Below, piece after piece: positions 23,762 through 48,787 of a stretch of DNA of 64,000 nucleotides. The position numbers and the translations under genes are program-made. Numbering within the stretch: position 1 is the stretch's first letter; every line of letters begins with the position of its first letter. A model generated the notes under the pieces. The model ran no database searches, was not told the DNA's origin, and saw only the letters and a list, made by a program, of their open reading frames with translations. Origin of the DNA: Tubulanus polymorphus (lineage: Eukaryota > Animalia > Nemertea); NCBI RefSeq assembly GCF_964204645.1, contig NC_134036.1:3534001-3598000 (forward strand), given 5' to 3'.

Positions 23762-26198
23762 CTCGCGTCGCGTCGCTATTCGCATACTACCCCCGGCTCC
23801 TGTCTATAGAGCGACACCCAATGTTCGCCAGCACGTTTTACACGCCATCCAGCTTACACTATAGTATTATAGCCCCGGCACCGTTGAATAAAACCCGAAT
23901 TGAAAAGACCTGCATGACTGTAGATCTTACAAAACGACAATGACTTCGCAAACTCACAATGCACCAAGCTTCACTGGTCATGTATAGATCGGCAGTGATA
24001 ATGGCCTATAACGGGCTGTCGGAAAGGCGGTTTTATTCGCCGGTGGGTTATTTTCGAGGATTTTATGCCAACGCAAGGAATGAATGTATAACAAAGACAG
24101 GTTTTCAACTTTTTCCTAATAACCCTATGTGATTACGCAACCTAAGCCTCCACCTGTGATATAACATTATCGCATTATCTACCCACTGTTTGGATCCATT
24201 AGGGAGTAGGGGGAAGGTGTTAAAAAAACTATATAAAACCACTAGAAGCACAAAGTTTGTGTTTAACCATGAATACCAGTAGAAGTACAAAATAAAGAGA
24301 TCCAGAAATAACTTTTCTCTAGACATTTATCTTAACAGCAGCCCGAAATCAATGGCCCGCACTAGAAAACCGCCAGAAATTGTTAGGAATGAACAAACTT
24401 GAATTCAGAATTAACACATATTGCTGAGAATTTCAAATCAATCGTAAATAAAAATGCTGAAAAATACTAGAAACGCGCTAAACGCTAAATTCTTTTTTTT
24501 TCACTTTCAACTTATATATTTGAATATTATCCGAGTCATCTAGATTCCGACAACGACGACGAGTTTGACAGAGATTAAACAGAGCCGTTCAGTCGAGTCT
24601 GTGCGAACTGTTTAAACGTTCGAATTTGAAGATCAGAACAAACGCCAGCGTAACCCGAGCCTCCTATTTCTATGTGAAAATCTATTAAACCCTCCTGTCA
24701 TCGCGGCAGTCAAAACGAAATATTTCTCTTCCGCTCGTCGGGCAAACGGCCAATTTTAATAAAACTCGAGCGTGCGCCTGCCTTCGTCGAAACTTCGCGA
24801 AAAAGACCTAATTATCCGCGGCCAAAATCTACCCTAACTCGAGCCTAACTGTAGCCGGGAACTTCGCAATTTTTGCCCCAATAAACTTTGTCTTCATTGG
24901 TAGGATATTCTAGCCAGCAACCACTTAGCACAACCAAGAACGAGATCACACCGGCTTAGATCTATTTAGCATATCTAACATTGTTAAGACCCGGGATTAG
25001 TTCCGTAGTCATGGCTTAGACTTAGGACCGATCAAACTTAGTTCACCTATCTAATAATTGAACACCAATCTTAAAATCTAAGACCAGGATCTCGACGTAG
25101 GAACTGGCCGTTTGATTAAGATATAAAACCGCATTCGGACTTAATACGGGCTGCGCAACTGGGTCTAGAAAAGTGAGCAAGTTCCGCTCCTAAGCTCATC
25201 GAAGGTCAAGTTGCACGGTGTCAAGGCTTAGGTTTAAGTCTTCAGCGTCGAACTGACCAAAAAACGACGAAAATTCCAACCACGCGAAAATTAAATCCTC
25301 TCCAACAAAACCGCGCAGACTTATTTGAATAAATTTGTCTACAAATCCTTAAGAGGGATTAAGACCAGCGTTCATTATAGAAATTAACCATTCTCGATAA
25401 CATTAACATCACCGACAATTTCCGAGATGGGACGTTTTGTCTCCAGTCTAAATGGACGGCCACCATGGAGACAATGCCCGAATACGAATAGTTTAGATAG
25501 CTTTATCTGTTTGCAAACAACGCCCTTGTCAGCGGGAGTTCTAAATAAATATCGAAGTCAATATGGGGGGATCAATCAAAATTATTCGAACCCCTAGGCA
25601 GCGAGCTTTGTTACGCGAACATGGAAGAAATTATAATTCCGTATTCAAAATTTATAATTACGACCAATTATTAAGGAGAAATAGATCAGTAGATCATATA
25701 GATTTCCAATGAGCTGAACAAGTGCAATGCATGCATGCATCGGACTGCCGAAGAATTCGAACGGATAAATTCCGACCCCTTTTTACTAATCTTCCATTAA
25801 AATGAATGAATGACTCAATTCAACTTAACATTTACACTATTAGAATTTATAGGTGATCGAATGACAAACGGAACTCAATCGCTCGGAATTGTGATTTCAT
25901 TATTTCGTTACGCAATATTTGAGGACGAACCAACGAGGCCTCGCTATATCATCGCTTACAACAACGAACAGAAAAACCTTAATTCCTTCGGATAATAATC
26001 CCCTCTTCCTTCCATTACTCAACGAATGTCATTAGCTAAGCTTTAATAACTTCCTCACTTGAACCACGGTATTATTCTAAAGTCAGAAGTAAACGTTTCG
26101 ACACTTTGCAAATAAATTAAGAGCGAAGAAGTTAGTAAGTGAAAGTAAACAACACCCTCAACGTAATGGGATTAATATTAGGAGTGAATTAATGAAGT

Positions 26199-26269
26199 GT
26201 AGCCTCAGTTAATGTTTGTAGTTCTCGTCATAAGGTTTTCGGAGACTAGCGATAGGCATCATCGGCTAC
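26199..26269 (-). ncRNA. Box C/D snoRNA, paralogue A of an unassigned family
   Basis: GUAGCC-G-AUGAUGC (C), CUAUCGCUAGUCU, CCGA (D'), AUGACGA (C'), CUGA (D), GGCUAC; 6-bp terminal stem. Confidence 0.8.
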
Positions 26270-26519
26270 GGACGACCAGCAATTTAACCAATCATCTCAA
26301 GATTTATGACAGGGTCCACGCATCAGTCATTCCTGGATAAAACGAGTTTTACGTCAAAAATTTCAAATTTGGAATTTATTAGTTAAATTGTCATTTAACA
26401 CTACCTAAACTAACAGCTAACCGAGACTTGATAAAATATATGATTCAAACACTATTATACCACGGTAGGGAACGAATTATACACGTTATTTAAGTTTTAT
26501 TGCATCCTTAAAACAGATC

Positions 26520-26743
26520 CAAGGATCCTACAATTCCTGGTATCCAGAATTCAAGGACTTTTTAAGGAGTAATTTTGAAAATTCAAGGAGGTTTTCGCGG
26601 TCATATATAAGGAAAAAAAGTCGAAAATCTAAAAACAAAATCCCCGTTTTTTTAAAATCCCCATTAAAGGATTTTCAAGGACCTTGAAAAATATTTTCAG
26701 AAATCAAGGAGTTTTCAAGGATTCAAGGAGTTGTAGGGACCCT
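26520..26743. mobile_element. MITE-like element between the two snoRNA paralogues
   Basis: Imperfect inverted ends CAAGGATCCTACAATTCCT and AGGAGTTGTAGGGACCCTG; internal TTCAAGGA repeats. Confidence 0.6.
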
Positions 26744-26782
26744 GAGATCGATTGAAAATGTGACCGATGAATTATTGTCGCG

Positions 26783-26858
26783 TGTAGCCTCAGTTATTTG
26801 TGAAGTTCTCTTCATATAATCAATATTCAGAGACTAGCGATAGGCATCATCGGCTACA
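26783..26858 (-). ncRNA. Box C/D snoRNA, paralogue B of the same unassigned family
   Basis: UGUAGCC-G-AUGAUGC (C), CUAUCGCUAGUCU, CUGA (D'), AUGAAGA (C'), CUGA (D), GGCUACA. The 7-bp stem is extended by UGUCG/CGACA. The guide is identical to paralogue A while the spacers diverge. Confidence 0.85.
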
Positions 26859-27800
26859 GACGACATCAGCAGCTTCAACTAGAGCGGCGCCACCTGTTGT
26901 TACAATGCTTAAATCAATCAAAGACTTTTACCCACGACTTTAATGATAAAATTTGTCTCTAAATGAAAACAACTTTCGACTTGTTGACTTACGACAAAAC
27001 CAGAGATACTAATCGAGGGCGGCCCTGACACGAACGCTGGTTTCCCTGACTCAATCTGCTAAGAATCCAATCAATTAACACGGTTGAATAAGTGTCAGAC
27101 ATAAGACGGAAACTGTTCAACAAATTTCACTAATTTTTGATTTTTAACAAAATGACCAGACTTTTTTTCAAAAAAAAAAAAAAAAAAAAATTCCCTAACT
27201 TGTCCCTGATTTCCAGGGTTAAGTGGCCACCTGTTAATTACCATCAACAAGCACCCGGTGAAGCTGACTCGGGATATACGGATTAACTGAACTTTAGCGC
27301 GCAGCATCTTGATAACCAACTGACCACTCGCGGTCAGTGTGAAAGGTACACTTGACCCATCGGATTCATCGTGCACGTTTATGAATTTATGACCAATGCC
27401 GTTACTAATGCGAAGAGACAAGTGTCGGAACAATGACGCACTGCTATCATCGGTCGGTCGCTATTGTCAGAAAAACCGGGTCGGCCATTTGTTCCCAGGG
27501 AGAGGACGACAATGACATCGACCGCTCTCGGGAAGAGGTTGATCAGGTGTTAGCGGCATAAATCACCTTTATATTTCCGAGGACGACGAGATATCATTAA
27601 AACGAAGAAGACAACCCGACGAATGTAGGTCGCACGGAGACAAAACCGACCAAGAACACCGAGTTGAGATCTCGAAAACTTCAAAGGACTCCCCTTCGAC
27701 GTCATTATCAAACGCGAGAGAAGAATGAACGTACCAATTCAAAGATGACGAAGTCATAAATTTGTCGTCGAGAATTCCCAGGAAGCTAAAGCTCGGGATT

Positions 27801-27872
27801 GAGAGAGAGAGAGAGAGAGAAGAGAGAGAAGAGAGGAGAGAGAAGAGAGAGAGGAGAGAGGAGAGAGAGAAG
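27801..27872. repeat. GA-rich microsatellite
   Basis: (GA)n with GAG/AAG interruptions. Confidence 0.95.
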
Positions 27873-28825
27873 AGGGCGAGGGTTTACCAATACGAGCCAT
27901 TATAGCGTATATCGCTGGCTCTTTTATGAAGAGAAGATGGCTATAAATGCAATTCTATGGAGTTATTGTTCGCGGTTTACTCAGCTTAGACTATACTATA
28001 CACACACACACTAGGTCATTCAATAATATCGAAACCGACTAAGAGGCCGGCTCCCGAGTAGAAACCACTCCTCGAAACACATTAAACGCCGACATCTCTT
28101 TAGTTAGTACAGATTCATACATCCGACAAACTTATCGCGCGAATTCTAAAGGTTCACGTGCTCTGCATAAAAACCAGGTCGAGCTGGTCCGAAAATTACA
28201 TGGTCCAAGTCTTAACCTTAAGCGGGGTCCAGGCCCAAAAAATTCATCCGATCCTATAATTCCTATATAACAATCCCCATTACCAGGCAGGGGCTTAACA
28301 CCGAAATCTTTTGACGATAGAAAACAGCCAATTGTCGAAAGGTAATTAGTCAATGTCAAGTTTGATGCGCGCACGCACAACGACAAAAATGAATTCCTCA
28401 TTTCTTTATTCATAAATGCCGACAAGAGATGACATTCTGACATCATAGGGGGAAAGAGGAGCGCTTTATAGAAATCGATCCATTTTTGAGTCGACTCTGC
28501 AGGTTTAGCCATTCAGAGCCGTCCATGAGTCCTTCGTGTCAGTCAACTTGAACTGCTAAGGCATTTTGAGTGGGGAGCTCAGAATTATAGAGTATTTTAC
28601 CCCTAAAATTTCGATTTCCTGAATTTTAGGAACTCTGTTATCCACAGTTGTTCATCTAAGTTTGATTTTGAAGTTCAAATGAGCTAATTTCGCAAAAGTT
28701 CTAACTTTTGAGTCTTTGAAAATGTATAACTGCGTAACAGAGTCCAAAATCGCGAAAAATTTTCTGCAGGGTTTGGGTAGTCATCTTACCACTGCGTCAA
28801 CTTGATGGCGAATCTCAAATCTTCG

Positions 28826-28906
28826 GGTGGCAAGGTATCAGAGTTGGCTTACGGTCAGCACTTCAGCAAATCGTTTGACATTGCAGGAACTCTTCATATT
28901 GCCACC
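28826..28906 (-). ncRNA. Weak box C/D snoRNA candidate
   Basis: 8-bp stem GGUGGCAA/UUGCCACC enclosing AUGAAGA (C-like), CUGA (D'), GUGCUGA (C') and CUGA (D). The D'-C' spacing is only 1 nt. Confidence 0.38.
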
Positions 28907-29048
28907 ACATTTTGTACAGTAAATTTAGAGCCCGCATTTGACGCAGGATCAGCCTAAAATTGAAGAGCGAAAAATATCAGATAATCTGATAAACCGTTAC
29001 GGTACAGCCCAGTTTCTGGGGACGAGATGAGGATTGCGTTGTCCGCGA

Positions 29049-29115
29049 AGCAGGCCGGGACGAGTGCAATATTGATTCGATTTATTAAACAACATCGCAC
29101 CAGTCACGACCTACC
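29049..29115 (-). ncRNA. mir-92: miR-92 family precursor, copy 5 (mature 29071-29050, UAUUGCACUCGUCCCGGCCUGC)
   Basis: miR-92b-like mature arm with 5' U; 5' arm AGGUCGUGACUGGUGCGAUGUUG pairs with it; about 8 kb upstream of the four-copy cluster. Confidence 0.94.
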
Positions 29116-29744
29116 CCGACGGAAACTTCTCCAGTTTTTATAATGGGGGGGGGGGGGGTTGGGCTACCGGAAGCACGCTTGACCAATTATCCGCGCTTGT
29201 GAGTTCAAATTCCCCACAATTTTACTTCGGGCAGCATTTGAACCCTGTATACTTACGCAGCACAAGTAGACCCTGATCACGGGATAAATATCATAAAACA
29301 ATATATACAAAACTGGGTTTCATTAATTCGGGATGCCTCGTAATGCCTCTTGCGACTTTATGGTTTTTATATACCCCGGAAACCAGATTTTTACCACACA
29401 ACCACAACCACCCTAGTAATAGGCCTAGATCCAAGTGTTCCCGACAGCTAAACAGCGATAAAAAATCGATTTTAACTCTGCCTAATTTGTGTATTTTGTT
29501 AAATATTTATGAAAAATAAGTCGGAAATAAAAATATAGGAATGACTTTGAGGAGCATAAAAATGACAAATAAATCCGAGATAATTCAAGGTGTTCGAACA
29601 CGAAAAAGGTTACTGAATTTTTTCAACAGATATGACAGGCTTCGAATTAAAGTTTAACTCGCTATAAATAAGATATTACTAACCAGGCGCCATTAACAGA
29701 TAAAAATACTAGCGACAAACAACACAAACACCGAGCCCCGAAAC

Positions 29745-29776
29745 CATGTGCGTTCAACATTGACTTCCGCTTCCGG
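29745..29776 (-). promoter_or_regulatory. Tandem ETS/GABP sites plus E-box; candidate promoter of the host transcript
   Basis: Minus strand reads CCGGAAGCGGAAGT (29776-29763), then CACATG (29750-29745). An Inr-like TCATTC at ~30002 is followed about 30 nt later by a G|GTAAGT donor. Confidence 0.5.
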
Positions 29777-32700
29777 TGGCGAGGGCGCAATCTTTTCAAA
29801 TTTTCCAAAACTCGTTCGATTTTGACTCGTATTTTCTCCCTTTAATCCCCAAAACGACCCCCTCAACGGCGATTATACCGACCTATGGGCCTTCGACTAC
29901 GACTCGGAGAAGTTTTTACGCGTTGACACCGCTTTCAAGCGGTGAAAATAGAGTTACAATTGAGCATTTACTTACCGGAGAATTTAGACGCGGCGAGAAT
30001 GAACGATAGACGGCGCTGTCGTACGTATACACGTAGTGCAATAAACAATGTCGAGTATGTCGAGTCCCGTAATTATCCAGCTCGAACTTATCGTCGATGA
30101 TTTTAATATTTCAGTCTTTCATTTTCCTCTGCATGGATTCTGAATATTATCCGTGTTTTATCCATGGATTAGTTGTTCTCCAATCGAATCAAATGGGAAT
30201 ATACTGTAAAATTCATGTAAACATATTTAGTTTTGAAACACCCTGTTTGTACTATTATAAACATGCCGATGTAGTGTAGATGGTGACTCAACTTCAGGAT
30301 CGTTGCTATTTACTATACTAATAGTCACAATGTTTTTCATCGTTATGACGAAATCTGTCGTGTTTCAGTTATGGCAACAAGAAATTTGTGAATGTTGCTG
30401 TTTTGGTTCTGATAATAAAATATTCCTCAATCAATATGAAATGTCAATTGGACATTAAATTTCTTTATTGTGAAATGATTTATTTTGACATAATATTCAT
30501 CAATATGATTTATAACGTCAATAAGTGACATTAAGATTTCTTGAATTTGCGAGCTTTTGTCAAAGGTTATTTAGTCTTGTAAGTCAAATCGTTTATAATC
30601 TTCTTACAAATTGCAGTTAGTCACCAAAAATGATTACATATCGTGTTTGCATCTCCCCATCTCATCTCCTCTGGTTATTCCTTACTGCAGGCTATTGAGA
30701 AAATTCGATGAAAGTCCAAGTCAGTTCCTTCCTTCGTCCAAGAAATAAATCGTCATCGAATCTCTACGCAATTATTTCATAGACAAAGCATAATATATTT
30801 ATTCCTTCCTATGACAATCATTCATCAAATCAAATTCATAGAATTCTTTACATCGTTTGATAATAGTAGTTAAAGATAAATTAATATATAAATGCAGGCG
30901 CTGCAGCACACGAATTAAACACACCATCGATATCACATGATGTATATATGATTTGATGCTCTGCTGGGCCCCGGAGTCCGGTTGCTCAAAAGTTGGTTAA
31001 AGATTCATTGGAACCTCGTTACAACGAACTCGGATAGGCCTACAACGATTCCTCGCATATAACAAATATAGAATTTCGTCCCAAGTAAGAAAATCTGATT
31101 AATTTCATACTGGATATCATGATCGGTTATGACGAACATATTTTCTGGTCCCCCTGAAGTTCACTGTAACCAGGTTCCCCACTGTAGACACCCGATCAAG
31201 TTAGGGGTTGGTAATGTAAGTGTGGTAGAACCTCTTGCCGGTGGTCGGGGCGTGATAAAGCTCGCGGCGAGTAATCAGTATGATTACTCGGAGGATTCAG
31301 AGCGAATTTAGAATAACTATAATCTATAACATAACAAATGTTGATAAACATTTGGTCACACACAGCGATCAGTAACATTTCTCTTGATAGGATATACGTG
31401 CGAGTGGCAAGCGTGACATTTTTTAGAACTATTCGTAAACCCATCATAATATTTTCATTCGGTAACAAAATTCAGCTCGAATACGTATAGATATTCATCA
31501 CTGAGATAGAACTAACAGTTTTATAGATAAAAAAACAAAAACAAGGTTAATTGCACCGTAAAGTATAAACCATATTCAATCGAATTATCACACTTCTACA
31601 TACAGTTACAACAAAGAAGCATAGCTCATTCATTACTTAGTATATATTTTCTTGCAGTGAAACAGTGAAAATTCATTGCACAAATCTAAACTAACAGAGG
31701 TATACAAATCAATCTGCAGCCTGGTAATTCTCCCAAGATGCGGTCAGGACTTCAACTTTCATGGTGCATATCTCATGTATATATATTCATAACTTCACCT
31801 TGAGGCATTTGTAATTGAAAATGAACTACAAACACCAGGCATTTGATCAGCACACTTCCGAAAACTGATCGCCCACACTTCATATGTGTTCAGTACTTGA
31901 CCTGAGACATTTCTAATTGAAAATGAACTACAAACACCAGGCATTATACATTTTATCAGTCCACAGATACAATGATGATGTATCTAGGGGGACGTGGTTG
32001 CAGGCTGAAGATCGACTGATACCATGCGTATCTCTTTTTCTCGGTCGTAATAGAAAAAAAAACACGCGTGAAATTCATTAAAACTTACATTCATTTTAAA
32101 GTACATTAGAATATATATCTAGTTCAATGTAGTTCATTCGTTAAAACTCTCAAACGGGTTCAATCAACGCGATAAAAATCAGTTCATCGATTTATAAGAT
32201 AATCATTAAGCGACAGGATGTAATATTAATAAATATGGTTGTAATAATAATATCAATACAAAATGTATTCTGTTCTGTACATTGATTCAATAAACACACG
32301 TGTTTTACATATATACACTAATCACTATAGTTCGCACGATATTCCGTTTTTTGCACAGTTAGTTATTGATTTAGAAGAAAAGTTGGCAATTATAGAAAAT
32401 CTTGCTAACCTAGTAAATCAACCTGTCCTTCTCGGTACGTTACGAAATAAGAGAGTTCCATCTCATACCGCTTGAATGTATTACTTTACCGATAATGGGA
32501 TACCGCCACTCTCCTTCCAGAAAACACTGGGTCATTCGTAGTGAAAACCAGTTCATTTTCGATGAAATTTGAACTTGATTTTTAGGCTTCCGAGTCCGAA
32601 AATTATCAAGCCGGTCTTAGAATGGATATACGATTCGCTTTCTCACACGGAGTGTTGTAAAGCTTTCACTAAAAACTGATTTACTAAAAGTTGCGGTAAC

Positions 32701-33521
32701 CGAGTAACCACTAGCGAACCTGGCGGAATCTTTGTTCGCCACAGTAGTGTTGCCGGTATTCCATCATGACGCACACATTTGAATGGTGAAACTAAACTGT
32801 AAACCCTTATTTCGTAACATGGCGAGAGTTTGGGACCGCCGCGCTATCCTATGTAATGACTGGCATCTTTTCTCTATGATATAACGTACCCTTTTCTACA
32901 GCACTAAGGCCTATACACTTGGTCATCATAATGGCATCAACCTGGCATGCAAGTTCAGCTTAGGATACGTTTGCAAGTACCGATAAACTATGGCCGATCG
33001 GCTCTTAGCTTGAATACCAACTAAACCTTCTCGGGATCAACGCGTTAAATGATTTGCCCACGACATGATACTCGCCACTTATACGCAGTTGCTGATGTTA
33101 ATCGTTTAACGAGGAGAATATATACAGCACAAATATTTTGGAACTTTCCATAGTCAAAGACTACGACACGAGCCTCTTAAAATTCGTAACTGATTGTGAG
33201 TGTCGTTGATTACAAAATATGCATAGTTACCGATACGTGGACACAGATCTTGATGACAAATATTCCGATGGTGACAATTTTTTATGCGTATATGATACAT
33301 CTGTACAAATCAAATTGAATCCCTCTATAAACATGACCATACATAGAAACATCGTATACGAATAAAGAAATTCCAACCCGGTCAAAAGTTGTTGAAGTTG
33401 TTGATGCTGTTGATGTTGTTGTTGATGCGGACAGCCTGACTCACTACGTTACTGGTACGAAAATAACAATCTCGGGATAAAATTGCTACACACAAGATAG
33501 GAAAATAATATCTACGACATG

Positions 33522-46333
<12,812 letters not shown>

Positions 46334-48493
46334 CTAAAACGAAATGTAAGCATAGCGTGTATGTCAGTGCAATCTGTTACGTCAGGGGAGTCTGTAACAA
46401 AACAACTTCAGTTAGAAAGATGTACTTGTTATAACAGCTTCTTTACAACGAACTTTGGGAGGCCTGGAAATCTGTTTTTTTACAAAGGCAGATCTACGCA
46501 GCTTTTGGGAAATGTGGGCGCATGTGGAATATTGGGTCACTACTCACACGCCAAAAGCGGGGAGCTTGGCAAAGCCCAATTATGTGCATTCTGAGCATTT
46601 TCCTGATTGAAATAAGGAAAGAAATATGCTCACCATTTCACCATTATTTGGGGGAGGGGGAAGGAATTCCGAGGTCACTCGGCCTAAAAATACCCCCTCG
46701 CTGGAACCGCCCCATTGCAACGAACTTCAGGGCACCAGATCTTCGTGAATACGACCGAACTGAGGAGACCAGAAAATCTTCTGTTCATTATGAAGAAGAC
46801 CGTGGAACATCGTTAGAAACCTCCTAGAGACCAAAGATGCAATCTCGTTGCAAGGAGAGCCACGTTTAAGGGTATGAAGTATGAGTTTTGTGGAAACGAA
46901 TCGTATATGCATAAAAATAAACGTAAAGAGTAATGTATGATGTATAAGGTTTCATCCCACGGCATGTGGGGAACACACTAACTACTCAACACTGCTGGTA
47001 TTGTCTGCACGAGAGCCGACTCATACTATTATTAATACCACCAGCTTACCACCACCACTTGCTTGAGCATTACGTATATCGATAGGCAGGTGTGTTATAG
47101 GAGAAATAATTAATGCATTGAGAAAACATTCACAGCATTGCCATTCCCATTCCTAGAATCATCATCATCATCATCTCATCACATCACATGGCCAATACAT
47201 TAACCCTTCCATTCCCACTCAGTTGTGAGACTTGTACAAGTCCATCAAATTCTCTTAAGTGCCTTTTTTTCATTTTGTCAACAAAACAAAATTGTTGCAT
47301 TTTAGTGGAAGAGTACACATAATATTGCCTTTTTGGACATCAAAATTGGCCTCAGGACCCGCCCTTGCCCAGCAAAAAAAAAACATTGCGGTAAAAAGAC
47401 ATTTTTACCCACCTCACCAGAATCAACCATTTTGACAGTAGTCGTTCGTTCTCTCAATTCTGAATAACTTTTATATCATTAATCAATTAGATCTCTCGCA
47501 ACCTCGCGCTATTCCTATGTATTACTTTAATAGGCATTCACTACTCAAAATCATTGTTTAATGACTGGAAAGTGACTGGGAAATGTGCCGCAAACAAGAC
47601 AATCGTAGGTTCATTGCCAAAACCAGACCATACTATTCAGGTTATCCAACATCCATATCGCGATTCATTTAAGTTCTTTCGTGAAAAGAAACAACTTGGA
47701 GGAAAATTTGGTCGATACAAACCGATAAACCACGTAATCCGAGAAATTTATGAGCAGAAAGATTTTAGCAGAAACAACATTGAATATTGAAAATAATCCA
47801 CGAATGGCTTATAATAATCCAGGTGAAGTCGTCCGTCCGTGCTATTCGGTAAAGGAATGAATAATTCCGTACGTTGCGAAAAGAACTAACTGAGCTTCGA
47901 GTAGAAGAGAAAAGAGCAGTTTCTTTTTACGAAAAAACGCCTCGGTAATCTTAACCGAAACGAGTAATCCATCTATAGACGCGTTTGCATACACACAAGG
48001 AAACTATCCTGCGGCACGGTGATCAAAGTCGTCCACTTGAAATACGAGACCGACACGAAAAAAAGGAGAACACTTTCGGGGTTAGGTACGTTTCTTAATA
48101 CTTTCTAAGTAGATGGCTGTTACTTTAATGAACTGACTGTCTATAATGCCTCTCTCGTGAGCGCATAATGTATAGATACACATATACCTACACTTACTGC
48201 CGGCGAATATACGGGGTCTAACTAGATTTATACGTATTCTAGCGCAGTAAACGTGTATTTATAAATCTTCTCGATGCCGATTAGAGAAAAGAGTTATTTC
48301 TTCTATGCTTTTCTTAACACCAGTAAGCGGCTACAATCTAGATAGGCGAACACGTCATGTATATATACATTTATCTTAGTTCCTGCCTCGTTGATTAATG
48401 ACTACTAATTAGCAATGGATTTAAAGGCCAGAGGCTAATGTAGTACATAGTACTAGCACAAGGGTGGATAGCTTTGGAGTGCTTTAAGGCCAT

Positions 48494-48787
48494 GGGCCCG
48501 CTTCCCTGGTCGACGCTTAAGTCCAAAACGGTCTATAATCCTAGGGAAGGGTTGGTTGCACATTCGTGACTTGAGTCCGAAAGTGGTCATAAAATCGTAA
48601 GACGGGTCTTAAGTTGTTAGGTTGGCTACAGAACAAAGTTTGTCTAAGACTAGTCTTAAGTCTAAGCGTGACTATGCAACTGGCCCGTGAAGCTAGTCTT
48701 GAGTTTTTGGAATGGCTATGCAACTACGAAGGTCTTAGACCGGTATTAAATCTTAGCTATGACCATAAAACCAGCCTCTGCAACCAG
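48494..48787. mobile_element. MITE-like family with GGGCCCAGTTGCA ends and TTAAGAC/GTCTTAA internal palindromes
   Basis: Related segments at ~24940-25165, ~35318-35452, ~43860-44000 and several tandem copies at ~63112-63660. Confidence 0.6.

Larger units (their letters stand above)
19420..30005 (-). ncRNA. Putative non-coding host transcript for miR-92 cluster and C/D snoRNAs
   Basis: All embedded small RNAs are on the minus strand. Acceptors TATTTACAG|21557 and TATTTTACAG|19893; GTAAGT donors near 29971, 29256, 23534 and 19823; minus-strand AATAAA at ~19465 and ~19434; no credible long ORF. Boundaries and exon chain are inferred. Confidence 0.55.

Noticed and set aside
25710-25760. Sixth miR-92-like arm CAUUGCACUUGUUCAGCUC (-)
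   Set aside because: The seed matches, but the 3' half is divergent and there is no convincing pairing 5' arm; at best a decayed copy or chance.
27799-28014. R/E-rich ORF
   Set aside because: Translation of a GA microsatellite.
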